Source of the DNA: Candidatus Binatia bacterium
Lineage (GTDB): Bacteria > Desulfobacterota > Binatia > Bin18
DNA: 64,000 bases
Reading direction: 5' to 3'
Assembly: GCA_963666315.2 (NCBI GenBank)
Contig: CAXXHG010000014.1
Location: 138,047-202,046 of the forward strand
The notes under the pieces were generated by a model. That model saw nothing but the letters and a program-made list of their open reading frames with translations, did not search any database and was not told where the DNA came from. The position numbers and the translations under genes are program-made. This document shows positions 9,819 to 21,533 of this stretch, one piece after another (the stretch's first letter is position 1; every line of letters begins with the position of its first letter).

Positions 9819-10986
9819 TTATCCTCTGAGCGGTCGGAAGAATTCGCGGACATCATTAATCAGGAGTTCGGGTTCTTCCATAGGCGCGAAATGTCCACCC
9901 CGACGGCATCGTCGTCCAGCGTTTCAAATTGTAATAGCCCTCCGCCCATTTGCGCGGCATCAGAATCACTTCTTTGAGGAAAACGGCGACACCCGTTGGC
10001 GCCTCTACAATCGGCGTCCGGTCATGCGCAGGTTGCCACGGGGTATGCGTGGCTTCGTAATAATAGCGCGCAGACGTGCCAAAGCTCTGCGTGATCCAGT
10101 ACAGCGTCATTGTGGTGCATAAATCATCCTTGCTAAAGCGTTTCTCTACATCCCCAGCACAGTCACTCCAGGTACGGCGCTTTTCGAGGATCCACGCACA
10201 CAGCCCGACGGGAGAGTCGTTGAGTGCAAAGGCGAGTGTTTGGGGTTTTGTTGTCTGGAATGCGGAGTAGCCACTCTCTGCAGCAAAGAAATTCATGTTC
10301 TTGTCGTGCCAGCCTGCCTCATCCGGACCGTAGTCTGCGGCTTCAGGCATACTACCGATAAAGACGTCAAGCGGGATCATCAGGTTGACGTGGCAGCCAA
10401 GCAGCCGGTCTGCGTATTTGTGACCGAGCTGGGCCGTAATTAACGCACCCCAGTCTCCGCCTTGAGCTGCAAACTTTTTGTAGCCCAGGACATCTTGCAT
10501 AAGCTTGACCCATAGATCCGCAGTTCGCCAGAAGTTGATGCCCGGCGTCGTCAGCGGGGTTGAAAACCCATAGCCAGGCAGGGACGGGACAACGACATCG
10601 AAGGAATCGTTCGGATCCCCACCAAAGGCCGCAGGATCTGTGAGAGGCCGAATGACTTTCTGGAAATCCCAGAAGGTCCACGGCCAGCCGTGGCTCAGAA
10701 TCAACGGCGTTGGGTTTGGCCCTTTGCCCGGCTCATGGATGAAATGGATGGGTACCCCGTCAATATCAGCCTTATAGTGCGAGAAGGTGTTCATCTCGCG
10801 CTCGTGTTTGCACCAGTCGTACTCATTGAGCCAGTACTCAACAAGCTCCTGTAAATACGCCTGGTTCGTCCCATACTCCCAGTGCGCGTTGGCAAAATCA
10901 CCGGGCCAGCGCACCTTGGCCAACCGTTCACGTAAGTCGGCTAACACCTCGTCTGGAACAGCAACCGTAAACGATTCTTTGCTCAT
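9819..10986 (-). CDS. Epoxide hydrolase (microsomal type), 1-nt frameshift near 9900
   Basis: HGWP, SLPGYGFS, QGGDWG nucleophile and DSPVGL. Removing one G from the GGGG run restores MPSGGHFAPMEEP...RG* with the stop at 9819. Confidence 0.88.
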
Positions 10987-11191
10987 TGCTCTCTCCTTTT
11001 TTGATGATCCGCCTCTCCGGAGACCGAGGGCGACAGGTACTGATACTGCCCTTGCTGAGCGTTGACAAGAAGGGCAGCTGGGCAGCGACTGGCAGGTGTA
11101 GGGCGGGTATGGAGTAGGACCGACAAGCTGAGTGGGGGAAGGGCTCTACTAAAAATATGGATCTTTTAGCGTGAGGTCGGAACGAACCGGA

Positions 11192-13054
11192 CTACTGGCC
11201 CATTGCGTCAGCAACAACGTCTTCTTGGTCTTCTCGGGCAGACGCCCCATTCGCTTGTTCGGCAATCGCCTTCAATTCGGCTCCCATGATCGTTTCTTTT
11301 TTTAAAAGCACCTGGGCAGCTTGGCGCAGTATGGACAGCTTAGCGCCCAGTAGCGCAGTGACACGCACGTGTTGCTCATCAATAATGCGGCGTACCTCGG
11401 CGTCGATTTCCCGTGCGGTTTCTTCACTATAATCGCCCGGACCTTGGGGTTGGGTGTCTTGTAGGAACATGGGTTGCTGCTCTTGATCAAAGCTCTGGTG
11501 GCCAAGCTTGTCGCTCATGCCATAGGCTTTGACCATATTCTTCGCAATATCGGTGGCCTTGAGCAGATCGTCCCGCGCCCCGGTCGAGGCCTCGTGGTAG
11601 ATCAGCTCCTCTGCCACACGTCCCCCTAGTAAGACGGCGATCTTATTTTCCAACTCGGATTTCGTCATCAAAAATCGATCTTCTTTCGGCAATTGCAACG
11701 TATACCCCAATGCCGCCACCCCACGTGGAATGATCGAGATCTTGTGCACTTCGTCCGATCCCGGGAGCGACATGCCCGCCAGAGCATGGCCGATTTCATG
11801 ATGGGCGACGCGCTCCCTTTCTGTCTGACCCAAGACCCGGTTCTTCTTCTCGATTCCGGCAATGACACGTTCGACCGCTTCTTGGAGTTCGGGCACGCCC
11901 ACCGTGTCTTTGCCCCGGCGCGCGGCTAGGAGCGCTGCCTCGTTCACAATATTCGCTAAGTCTGCACCGGCAAAGCCCGGAGTCATAGCGGCAGCAACCT
12001 CTAAGTCGGATTCCGCCTCGAACGGCACCGATCGGGCATGGATCTGGAGGATGGCGAGGCGGCCGGCTCTGTCTGGCCGATCAACCACAACATTACGGTC
12101 AAAACGCCCGGCCCGCAGGAGGGCTTGATCCAAAATCTCTGGCCGGTTGGTGGCGGCCACCAGAATAACCCCGGCATGTTGGTCAAAGCCGTCCATTTCT
12201 ACCAAAAGCTGGTTGAGGGTCTGTTCCCGCTCCTCATGCGTAACGGGGCCCATACCACGTGCTCTACCCAGGGCGTCCAATTCATCCATGAAGATGATAC
12301 ACGGCGCATTTTCTTTTGCTTTGGAGAAAAGATCCCGTACCCGTGCGGCGCCTACTCCCACGAACATCTCAACGAATTCCGATCCGCTGATAGAAAAAAA
12401 CGGAACGCCTGCTTCCCCGGCAACCGCTCTGGCCAGCAGTGTTTTTCCGGTCCCCGGCGGTCCGACGAGTAAAATACCCTTCGGGATTTTCCCGCCCAGC
12501 CGGCTAAATTTCTCCGGAGTCTTGAGAAACTCAATTATCTCTTGCAGCTCGATCTTGGCTTCGTCTACCCCCGCAACATCAGAGAAGCGCACGGTGATAT
12601 CCTGCTCCATATAGATCTTGGCCTTGCTCTTCCCAATCGACATCAAGCCCCCACCGATGCCGCCGCCTTGAGACATACGGCGCATAAGAATCAGCCAGAC
12701 GCCAAAAAACAACAGCACGGGCAGAACCCAGGAGAGGATGTCTCGGACAAAGGTGCTCTCGATCTCTCCGGCAAAAAGGACGCCCTGGGATGCCAGTTGA
12801 TCGGCCAAGTCGGATTCCACACGAACCGTCACAAACTGGCTGGGATGTCCCTCTTCAGGCTCTTTCAACGTCCCCTGAATGTAGTTCTCAGTAATGCGGA
12901 TCTCAGCAATCCGTCCTTCGATCAAATCAGTCTGAAACTGACTGTAAGGAATCCGTTCAATGCGCGTGGCCTGCATCCACACGCCATGCAGAATAACGAC
13001 TCCCCACAGAGCGATAAAAAGATACCAGATATTAAATTTCGTTTTCTTATCCAT
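11192..13054 (-). CDS. ftsH: ATP-dependent zinc metalloprotease FtsH
   Basis: Two TMs, Walker A GPPGTGKT, Walker [20 protein letters not shown] and HEIGH zinc motif. Start taken at MDKKTK. Confidence 0.95.
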   Translation of the reverse strand: MDKKTKFNIWYLFIALWGVVILHGVWMQATRIERIPYSQFQTDLIEGRIAEIRITENYIQGTLKEPEEGHPSQFVTVRVESDLADQLASQGVLFAGEIESTFVRDILSWVLPVLLFFGVWLILMRRMSQGGGIGGGLMSIGKSKAKIYMEQDITVRFSDVAGVDEAKIELQEIIEFLKTPEKFSRLGGKIPKGILLVGPPGTGKTLLARAVAGEAGVPFFSISGSEFVEMFVGVGAARVRDLFSKAKENAPCIIFMDELDALGRARGMGPVTHEEREQTLNQLLVEMDGFDQHAGVILVAATNRPEILDQALLRAGRFDRNVVVDRPDRAGRLAILQIHARSVPFEAESDLEVAAAMTPGFAGADLANIVNEAALLAARRGKDTVGVPELQEAVERVIAGIEKKNRVLGQTERERVAHHEIGHALAGMSLPGSDEVHKISIIPRGVAALGYTLQLPKEDRFLMTKSELENKIAVLLGGRVAEELIYHEASTGARDDLLKATDIAKNMVKAYGMSDKLGHQSFDQEQQPMFLQDTQPQGPGDYSEETAREIDAEVRRIIDEQHVRVTALLGAKLSILRQAAQVLLKKETIMGAELKAIAEQANGASAREDQEDVVADAMGQ

Positions 13055-13055
13055 A

Positions 13056-13105
13056 GATAGCCCAATTATAGCGTGCCGCAGATAGCCCAATTATAGCGTG
13101 CCGCA
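13056..13105. repeat. Exact 25-bp tandem duplication
   Basis: GATAGCCCAATTATAGCGTGCCGCA occurs at 13056-13080 and 13081-13105, immediately upstream of ftsH. Confidence 0.9.
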
Positions 13106-13226
13106 GGGCACAGCATAGTCGGTGTGGGATTTCTTGTCATTGGCGCGGCTGGCATAGTAGAAGCATGGGCCAACCAGCACATCCAGCAAGACTCCCAAAA
13201 TATACAGGACATACAGGCTCTATACG

Positions 13227-14441
13227 ATGTCGCTGAATGTCTTTTTGATGACGCTGCGGGTCGCCTTTCGTTCGACGCTGATCATGCTGGGCATAGTCTT
13301 CGGCGTCGCTGCTGTGATCGCCATGGTTGCCATCAGTCAAGGCGCCGACGCGTTCATACAGGACCGCATTCAAAGTCTGGGGACGAATATCGTTGTCGTC
13401 CGGCCTGGTTCAACAGTCATGCGAGGGGCACGATCCGGGGATGGCAGCGCCGCCTCGCTCACCGTTTCAGACGCCCGAGCGATCGCTCGCGAATGCCCGT
13501 CTGTCGCAGCGGTCACCTATATTAAGCGACGTAAGATGCAAGTTGTTGCCGGACGCGAAAACTGGAGCACCGATGTGCAAGGCGTCAATGTCGATTATCT
13601 ATACGTCCGTGCTTGGCCCCTTGCGGAAGGTCGTTTTTTTACGCCCCAAGAAGAACGGACCGCTGCCCGGGTATGCGTACTTGGCGCAACCGTGGTCAAA
13701 AATCTGTTTGCCTTGGGCCAGAATCCTATTGGCGCGTCTATTCGTATCCAGGATATGCCGTGTCGGATCATCGGCCTCTTGTCTACAAAAGGCCAGACCG
13801 GCCGGGGGTCGGATCAAAACGATACGATCATTGTGCCTTTTTCTACTGCAGAGCGAAAACTCATTGGAGCGGAAATCCTTGGAGTTGTGGATTACATGAT
13901 GGTCTCCGCTCGCAGCGCAACCCAGACTATGGAGACTGAAGACGAAATTCGCAGCCTGATCGGGGCTCGTCACCATCTGCGAGCCAAGCAGGACGATGAC
14001 TTCCGTGTGCGCAATCTCCAAGAGATTGCGGATGCCTCGGCCAATGCGAGCCAAGTCATGACCATCCTGCTCGCGTCAGTGGCTTCAATCGCCCTGCTCG
14101 TCGGCGGTATCGGCATTATGAATATCCTCTTGGTGTCCGTGACCGAACGGACCAGGGAAATCGAGATTCGCATGGCCGTTGGGGCCAAGGCCAAGCACAT
14201 CTTGTTACAGTTCTTAGTAGAATCGGCAACGCTCAGCCTGTTGGGCGGCGTGTTCGGCATCCTGCTGGGTGTGGCCAGCGCTCAACTTGTCGCCTCAGTC
14301 GCACACTGGCCCAGCCTCTTATCCCCTGTCACCATAGTCGGCTCATTTGTTTGCTCGGGTGTGGTCGGTATTCTGTTCGGCTATTATCCGGCCTATAAAG
14401 CCTCTCGGCTCGATCCGATTGAGGCCTTACGTTATGAATAG
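13227..14441 (+). CDS. MacB/FtsX-like ABC transporter permease
   Basis: VGGIGIMNILLVSVTERTREI.IRMAVGA and YYPAYKASRLDPIEALRYE motifs. Confidence 0.9.
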   Translation: MSLNVFLMTLRVAFRSTLIMLGIVFGVAAVIAMVAISQGADAFIQDRIQSLGTNIVVVRPGSTVMRGARSGDGSAASLTVSDARAIARECPSVAAVTYIKRRKMQVVAGRENWSTDVQGVNVDYLYVRAWPLAEGRFFTPQEERTAARVCVLGATVVKNLFALGQNPIGASIRIQDMPCRIIGLLSTKGQTGRGSDQNDTIIVPFSTAERKLIGAEILGVVDYMMVSARSATQTMETEDEIRSLIGARHHLRAKQDDDFRVRNLQEIADASANASQVMTILLASVASIALLVGGIGIMNILLVSVTERTREIEIRMAVGAKAKHILLQFLVESATLSLLGGVFGILLGVASAQLVASVAHWPSLLSPVTIVGSFVCSGVVGILFGYYPAYKASRLDPIEALRYE

Positions 14442-15295
14442 CGGCCACAGTCGATTGGTCGACATGAACGGAATCCGCCTGCATTACTTTGAGTGGGGAG
14501 AGGAAGCCAACCCGGCCCTTATTTTGCTCCACGGCGGCTCAGCCCACGCCCACTGGTGGGATCATATTGCGCCCAGCTTGGCCCGGACGTTCCGCGGTCT
14601 TGCGTTTGATCTGCGTGGCCACGGAGACAGCTCCTGGATTGAACCAGCCGCGTATGAAATCCAGGACTATGTGGCTGACCTCGAAGCCGTCATCACAACC
14701 CTGCAGCTCGACTCACCCAGCCTCTTGGGCCACTCATTGGGTGGATTCATTGCGCTGAACTATGCGACCCGGCATGCGGCGAGTCTGCGCGCGTTCATTA
14801 AGTGTAGACATCGGCCCTCAGCTGCGGCAGAGCCGGTATATGCGTCTGCTGCGCACCCTGCCGCCGCCGATTTATCAAGACGAGGCAGACTTGCATAATC
14901 GCTTTCGTCTTCTTCCCGCAGACACACAGGCGACTGCGGATCTCCTGCGCCACATTGCGCACCACAGCGTGCAGCCTGGCGAGGCTGGCAACCTGCACCT
15001 CAAAGCAAATCGTGCGGCCATGATCCGTCAGCCGTGCGACCTCACCCCGCTCCTGCCCACTATCGTTTGCCCCACACTCTTCTTACGCGGCCAGAACAGC
15101 AGAAATCTCTCAGCAGAAAAATTGGCACAGATGCTACACGCCTGTCCGCAGGCCCAAGGCAGAGAAATCCCGGCTGCGGGCCATCATATTTTCTTAGACC
15201 AACCTTCCGCCTTTCTTGACATCGTGACCAATTTCCTCCACGAGAAAGGGACGGACACAACGGCGAACGCACAGAGAGGACAAAACAATAATTGA
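14434..15295 (+). CDS. Alpha/beta hydrolase, frameshifted near 14800
   Basis: HGGSAH, DLRGHGDS and GHSLGG in the first frame; AGHH catalytic His in the second. Removing one A joins AFI to SVDIGP. Confidence 0.8.
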
Positions 15296-15414
15296 TTCCT
15301 GTACGGCACAGGTTATGAATTTCATCATTACACGCAAAACAAACAAAGGCTGGGGAAGTGATTCCCAAAATCGCGGATGTTATTAAGGCTCCGGCGATAT
15401 AGGAGGTAAGACTG

Positions 15415-15552
15415 ATGTTCTGGTTTGGTTTTATTGTTGGTGCGACCGCAGCGACGGTATTTATTTTGTACGGCAATGGAGATTTGCTCATCAGGCTTCG
15501 GGATCAGATAAAAAACGCGTCCGACCGGTTTTGGGAGTCTCAAAAGAAATAG
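15415..15552 (+). CDS. Small single-TM protein (45 aa), not in the ORF track
   Basis: AGGAGGT RBS, then MFWFGFIVGATAATVFILYGNGDLLIRLRDQIKNASDRFWESQKK*, followed by a terminator. Confidence 0.7.
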   Translation: MFWFGFIVGATAATVFILYGNGDLLIRLRDQIKNASDRFWESQKK

Positions 15553-15557
15553 CGCGT

Positions 15558-15592
15558 AGACGCACACCCGGCTGGGGTGTGCGCGTCTTTTT
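15558..15592 (+). terminator. Rho-independent terminator
   Basis: AGACGCACACCC...GGGTGTGCG(CG)TCT stem followed by a T run. Confidence 0.7.
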
Positions 15593-15697
15593 CGGTGGGC
15601 CCTCTTTTTCCGCTTTGTCCACCACTTTGCCTTGTGCTAGAGTTCGGGCAGCCGGGAACGTATGACAAAAGAACAACTGTCAAAGGAGGGCAGGATT

Positions 15698-16906
15698 ATG
15701 GCCAAGCCCCTAGATGGAATCCGTATCCTTGACTGGACGATCTGGCAGCAAGGTCCGGTCGCGACCATGATGCTGGGCGACCTTGGAGCCGAGATTATCA
15801 AAATTGAAGAGCGCGTGGGTGGCGATCCCGGACGCGGGGTTATGCAAATTGCCGGGGCCAAAACCGGCACCCGCAATTATTATTTTGAAGCCAATAACCG
15901 CCATAAAAAAAGTGTGACGCTCGATCTCAAAAAGCCCGAAGCCAGGGAAATCATGTACAAGCTGGTCGAGAAGTCAGACGTGTTTGTCCAAAACTATCGC
16001 AAAGGCGTGGCCGCCAGGCTCGGTCTCGATTACGCCACTCTGTCCAAGTACAACCCGAAACTCATCTATGCCAGTGCTACCGGCTATGGTCCGCAAGGAC
16101 CCGATGCCGAAGAGCCCTCCTTCGATTATATGGGTCTGGCACGGTCCGGCATCATGACCGCAGCCGGGGAGCCGAACATGGAGCCGATGAATGTGACGGG
16201 CGGAATCGCCGACCAAATGGGTGCGATTATGCTGGCCCACGGGATTACCGTGGCGCTCCTGGCACGGGAACGTTTAGGTATAGGACAAGAAGTCGATACC
16301 TCTCACCTCGGCAGCATGATGGCGCTGCAGGGCCTGAACCTCGCCTGTCGGCTGACGCTGGGCAAGGAGTTTAAACGTTTTTATCGTACCAAGGCGGTCA
16401 ACCCGCTCTGGAATCATTATAAGTGTAAAGACGATAAATGGATTTGCCTGGCCATGCCCCAAGCCGACCGCTACTGGCTGGCTTTCTGCAAAACGCTGGG
16501 CATCCCGGAGCTGGGAAAAGATCCTCGTTTTGAGAACATGAAAGTGCGCGGTCGGCATTCCGAAGAGATCATCGCCATTGTCGATAATATTTTCGCTTCC
16601 AAGCCGCGTGAGGAATGGATGCGCATCCTCAAAGAAGGTGGCGACTTCATCTATACATTCGTGAACAACATTGCCGATCTGCCAGATGATCCGCAAATGC
16701 GCGTCAACGACTATATCGTGGACTACGAGCATCCGACCTGGGGCGAAACCCAAATTGTCGGCTCGCCTCTTATTCTGAGCAAAACTCCAGCCGACCCCAG
16801 AGCATCTGCGCCGGAGTTCGGCGAACATACCGAGCAGGTCTTGGTTGAGATGCTGGGCTATTCGTGGGAGGAAGTCGGGAAGTTACGAGAGGCGGAAGTG
16901 CTATAG
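15698..16906 (+). CDS. Family III CoA transferase (CaiB/BaiF)
   Basis: PLDGIRILD, LGDLGAEIIKIE, KKSVTLDLK, catalytic Asp in GIADQMG, and APEFGEHT. Confidence 0.92.
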   Translation: MAKPLDGIRILDWTIWQQGPVATMMLGDLGAEIIKIEERVGGDPGRGVMQIAGAKTGTRNYYFEANNRHKKSVTLDLKKPEAREIMYKLVEKSDVFVQNYRKGVAARLGLDYATLSKYNPKLIYASATGYGPQGPDAEEPSFDYMGLARSGIMTAAGEPNMEPMNVTGGIADQMGAIMLAHGITVALLARERLGIGQEVDTSHLGSMMALQGLNLACRLTLGKEFKRFYRTKAVNPLWNHYKCKDDKWICLAMPQADRYWLAFCKTLGIPELGKDPRFENMKVRGRHSEEIIAIVDNIFASKPREEWMRILKEGGDFIYTFVNNIADLPDDPQMRVNDYIVDYEHPTWGETQIVGSPLILSKTPADPRASAPEFGEHTEQVLVEMLGYSWEEVGKLREAEVL

Positions 16907-16936
16907 AAAGGTTCGGTCTAAGATTCGGTCTAGCGT

Positions 16937-16975
16937 GTAGGGGCGACCGGCTGGTCCCATAAGAGGCGCCCCTAC
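16937..16975. repeat. GTAG-type REP-like palindrome
   Basis: GTAGGGGCG...CGCCCCTAC between convergent genes. Confidence 0.7.
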
Positions 16976-17928
16976 GTTACAATAACTCGATGCAGCAACT
17001 CTTCGCCGCGCACATAGCGGCGAAGATTCTCCAGCCACAGCTCCGCCACACGTGACAAATAGAGCGGTGAGGTAGATGCCGTGTGGGGCGTGATAAACAC
17101 ATTCGGCATATCCCACAGATCATCGTCAGCGGGCCAGGGCTCGGTCGGCAAAACATCCAGGCAGGCTTGCCGGATCGTTCCGATTCTGAGCGCCTCTTTC
17201 AACGCCCCAATATCAACGATGGACCCACGCGCAATATTGATCAGCGTGGCAGTAGGCTTCATGCCAACCAGCTCGCTCGTCCCAATAAGATTTGTTGTTT
17301 CAGCACACGCCGGAATCGCCAAAATGACACAGTCCGCTTCGGGTAAGAATGCGTGCAGATCAGCCAGGCTGCCGAGTTGATCCACTCCGGCAACGGGCTG
17401 TGTTGATCGGCGAATGCCCAGCACGCGCATGCCAAATCCTTTAGCCAAAGTCGCAATCCGGCTTCCTATCGCACCCAAGCCGACCACCAGGACGGTTTTA
17501 TCGCTCAGGCTCTCCAGCCCTAGTTCTTGCCCCAGTCCCTGCCAACGATGCTGACGCTGATGCGCGCAGAGTTCTCCAAACCGTTTCACTGACCAGAGAA
17601 GAAAAGCAAGGGCAAACTCGGCCACCTCAGGCGCGTTCGCACCAGGGCTATGGGTTACCAAGGCCCCCTTGGCATGCATGGCGTCGTAAAAGCGCCCGTC
17701 CGTCCCGGCGTCTTCGGTATGCGCCCAACACGGCTGGGGCATTTGCACTGCGGCGTCAATAAATTCGGCACGATAGGCATCGCCAGCCAGCACCACGAGG
17801 TCACACGCATCCGGAGGCTCGGACCATGAGCCGTCTTTTTCAATCAGTGCCCAGCTGAGCTCTGGGAAAATTGCCTGCGCTTGGGCTCCAACCCGAACAA
17901 AGAACTCCCGACCCGCCGCGACTTTCAT
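16972..17928 (-). CDS. D-2-hydroxyacid dehydrogenase family
   Basis: GLGAIG Rossmann motif, INIARG, LDV..EP and ITPH. Confidence 0.9.
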   Translation of the reverse strand: MKVAAGREFFVRVGAQAQAIFPELSWALIEKDGSWSEPPDACDLVVLAGDAYRAEFIDAAVQMPQPCWAHTEDAGTDGRFYDAMHAKGALVTHSPGANAPEVAEFALAFLLWSVKRFGELCAHQRQHRWQGLGQELGLESLSDKTVLVVGLGAIGSRIATLAKGFGMRVLGIRRSTQPVAGVDQLGSLADLHAFLPEADCVILAIPACAETTNLIGTSELVGMKPTATLINIARGSIVDIGALKEALRIGTIRQACLDVLPTEPWPADDDLWDMPNVFITPHTASTSPLYLSRVAELWLENLRRYVRGEELLHRVIVT

Positions 17929-18117
17929 GGCGATCTCCTTTCCCTACCGGTCTTAGCATGCAGGGTAAAAATTTGCCTCAAAACTTTGTCCGTAAAGGAG
18001 AGAAGGGGAAGAGAGAAAGAACAAGATCCGACGGGCTGCTTAAAGAAGAGTCTAGTCTGTTAACTGATTACATCGTCCGTTTTTTCCCAAAATATAGAAG
18101 CGGACCGCAGGAAAGAG

Positions 18118-20576
18118 TTACTGAGCGGGCTGGAGCAAGGTCTTGTGTTCAGTCACTGCTGTGATTTTGTCTCGGGAGTACAAGACCGGAAAATACTTGC
18201 CCTCGGCCCACAGGGGGAATAGATTGCGGTAATGCGCTTGGGCCGGGTCACCGGCCTGTCCAGGCGTATTCATGCCGAGCGACCGATCCCAGTCAGCCGG
18301 ATACGCAATAATCCGAAAAGACGCGCCTATCGTTTGGAGGTCCTCCGCACCGGTATTATTGATGCTGAAGCCATCGCCTCCGCGCGGAATGGGGCCGACT
18401 TCAAGCTGTGCTCGTAGTTCGGCATTCACGGCTTCGCTCAGCATGTGTTTGATGGTGATGTGATGATAGTCCGTTTGGCCATACGCCCATTGGCCTATAT
18501 CCGAGCCAAAGCGTGCAGTCAGAACTTGTACGGCTTGCTCGAAACTCTCGCGGACAAACTGATCGCGTCCTGCCAGCGGGTCAGCACCATAGCTGCCATC
18601 CGGGGCGAGCAGGCTGCGAATGATGGGGGTGAGGGTCATGCGAGAAAACGATGCACGCAGCGACTCAGGCACATGCTTGTCTCGGAATTTCTGCCACAAC
18701 TGCCGTTGCCAAGCGACATAGATTCCGGCCGCAATGGAGTCTTTGTCGAGCACATAATCCCACGCTTGGAGCTTGTCTACAGCAGGCTGGACCAGTGCCT
18801 CATCAGAGTGAAGATCTGTGTGGATATTTTGGAGGAGCGGTACGAGCATGCGAGCCGGAATCGAGTATTCGTCATTCTGGAGCTGCATCATCTCAACAGT
18901 CGTTACATTCGTTCCTTCTGCGAGGACTTCCTGGATACGGGAGAAACGATACGGCTCAAGCCAGAAATAACTCACTGGATAGAGATACCCCGGCGGAAGA
19001 TTCTCCTGATTTGCGGTAGCCACAAAGCCTTCAGGCGGATTCAGCACATACGGCAGTTCTTGCATGGGTACATACCCATTCCACTCAAAACGACCGTCGC
19101 CTGGCACAGGCACCAAGCCATTCCAGTTTGGCCGTAGCGGAACAAGACCAACCGCTTGCCAGCCGATATTGCCCTGGGTGTCGGCCCAGACCATGTTCTC
19201 AGACGGCGCATGGGAATACACACACGCCTCACGGAACTCTTGCCAGGTGGTAGCCTGATTCATGCGCAGGCTGGCCAGATAGGGCACTCCACCGACGTCC
19301 AGCCACGCCGCACGCAGGGCGAATGCCTGGTGCTGCTCCGGGTCTTCGGCGAGGACAGGACCATGGCGGGTGTATTTCAGGTCAATAGTCATCGACTCTT
19401 GGCCCTTGACCGAAATGGTCTCTTGGACAATCCGCATATCCTCCCATGCACCGCGGTACCAATACTGATCGGCGTTGTCCGGATTGGTTTTGTAGACGTA
19501 TAGGTCCTCCGAATCCGTAGGAAAGATAGTCAGCCCCCACGCCCCATGCTCATTATGCCCGATGGAAACGCCGGGCAGGTGCGGCTCTCCACCGCCGATG
19601 ACGTTCCAGCCGGGCGCCACCAGATGGACCCAGTAGCGCAGTGACGGTGCGGTAATCGAACGGTGCGGGTCATTGACCATAAACGGGTGTCTGGAGAGCG
19701 TTTTCTTGCCACTGACAACCCAGTTATTACTCCCCTCACCTTCTGTGGCCGCCGTCTCTTGGAGCAGGCGAGCCGCGGCTTGCGCCGCCGCTGGGTTTGC
19801 CTGTGCGGCTCGGTGCTTTGGGTCAATAATATCTTCCGGCTCAAATGCAACCGGCATGCGTGCAGCCTGATAATATATCAGTATATCGCTCGGAATTGTT
19901 GAGAGATCGAGCCCCTCGGGCACGGTCAGGTCCGGTTCTCCCGGATGCAGGTGCAACATCATCCGAATCGTATCCGACGCCATAGTCTGGAGCGCATTCG
20001 CGATGACAATCTCGGTCTCCAGGTTCCGAAAGAGGCCGCCAATGCGTGCAAGCACGATTTGCGGCGACCAGGGCTGCGGGGTGATGCCTAATAAGCGAAA
20101 TTCGGGCGAGAGGAGATCCGGTTTCTCTTGCGTGAGTTTGATGTAGGCGTTTATGCCCTGCACGAAAGCCGAGATAATTTCTTCTCCGTCCGGATGGTAG
20201 TGTTGGAACTCCTGCTTCAGATCGCCGCGAAAACGGAGCAGCCGTGCCCCAATATCGCGCTCCAGAGCTTTCGGGCCTTGAATCTGGGCCATCGTGCCGG
20301 TCACACGTCGCCGCCAAATCTCAAGCTGAAAGAGTCGATCACTTGCGGCGTTATAGCCCTGCGCAAAGAACACATCATGCTGATTCTTGGCGTAGATATG
20401 GGCGATACCCCAGCGGTCGGTCAGTATCTCGACCGGCGCCTGCAATCCCGGAAGGTGTACTGTCTGCATAGAGTTTTCCCTAGACCTCGACTGAGATCCC
20501 ACCTCGGCCCAGCTCAACATACAAGGCAAGAGCAAGGCCACACATAGAATAAGAGCAGTGCCAGAAGCCGTTTCAT
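18118..20576 (-). CDS. Penicillin acylase family protein (Ntn hydrolase, S45), probably secreted
   Basis: GIAHIYA, DRLFQ, GSNNW autocleavage site and NDPH. A signal peptide MKRLLALLLF from 20576 lies in another frame, implying an indel in a TG run near 20543. Confidence 0.88.
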
Positions 20577-20774
20577 ATCTTCACATGGTTTTTGTTGAGT
20601 ATAGGAAAAATGGAGGGCGCGGGCGACCTCCGGCAAGATTCCGCCAAGACTCCTTTCTCGCAGCCTCTTTGACTCGACCCGAGGCTGAAAGAAAATTCGC
20701 ATCACGATTGGCATTTTTAGTACAATTTTTAGTACGATGAAGAGAGAGTTCGAAACCACATGGAGGACACACAC

Positions 20775-21134
20775 ATGCTTGGAGACACGCTCGTCCGGGA
20801 TAACGAGGATATCCGGCTCCTTCGGGGCGGAAAGGCTGATGAGTTTAATCAGAAGGCGAAAGCGGGGGCGGAATCGATTGATCTCAAGAACGCCAACCTG
20901 CGCCTTGCCGATCTGCGCGGGCTTGACCTCCACCGAGTCGACCTGAGCGGCGCGTATCTGCGCAAGGCCGATCTACGCGGCGTTGATCTCAGCCAGGCCA
21001 ACCTTGAGGGCGCCAGCCTTCATGAGGCGCAGATTAGCGGCACCCTCCTTCCTGAGAATCTCTCTCCCGAAGAAATCATGCTGTCGGTCACGCATGGCTA
21101 CCGCATGCGGGTCAAAAAAACGGTCGAGATCTGA
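20775..21134 (+). CDS. Pentapeptide repeat protein
   Basis: A(N/D)LxxA(D/N)L repeats; GGAGG RBS at about 20762. Confidence 0.88.
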   Translation: MLGDTLVRDNEDIRLLRGGKADEFNQKAKAGAESIDLKNANLRLADLRGLDLHRVDLSGAYLRKADLRGVDLSQANLEGASLHEAQISGTLLPENLSPEEIMLSVTHGYRMRVKKTVEI

Positions 21135-21402
21135 CCGCGGCTTACTCCGATTTAACGTCGGTACCCGTACCACAGCCTGCTTACTCTAGAGGTGGCGGAA
21201 CGTCAGATTTTATCTGATCGCCCGCCGCCAGTATCTTGGCGGTGTTAACCAGCGTCACGCTAGCCACCGCTTCACTCAACGTTTCGGTATCGTAGCGCAG
21301 AGTGTAGACACAGTGTTGCAGCCTTGTCAGAAATTGAGTGCCGTAGCTGAGTGAGCACGCCGACAGCCGGATAAGCGCTTTCCGCTCTCGTCCCGTTGAT
21401 GG

Positions 21403-21436
21403 AAAGGGTGGGCCATAGGCCCACCCTTTTTCTTTG
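21403..21436. terminator. Strong hairpin terminator, possibly bidirectional
   Basis: AAAGGGTGGGCC-ATA-GGCCCACCCTTT followed by a T-rich run. Confidence 0.8.
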
Positions 21437-21533
21437 TACATCCTCTTTCTCATCCGATCCCGTTAGGGCCTTCACTGTCTGGCCGAAGAACATCAACCTG
21501 TGTTACACACCAAACACACAGGAGGCTTTGAAT

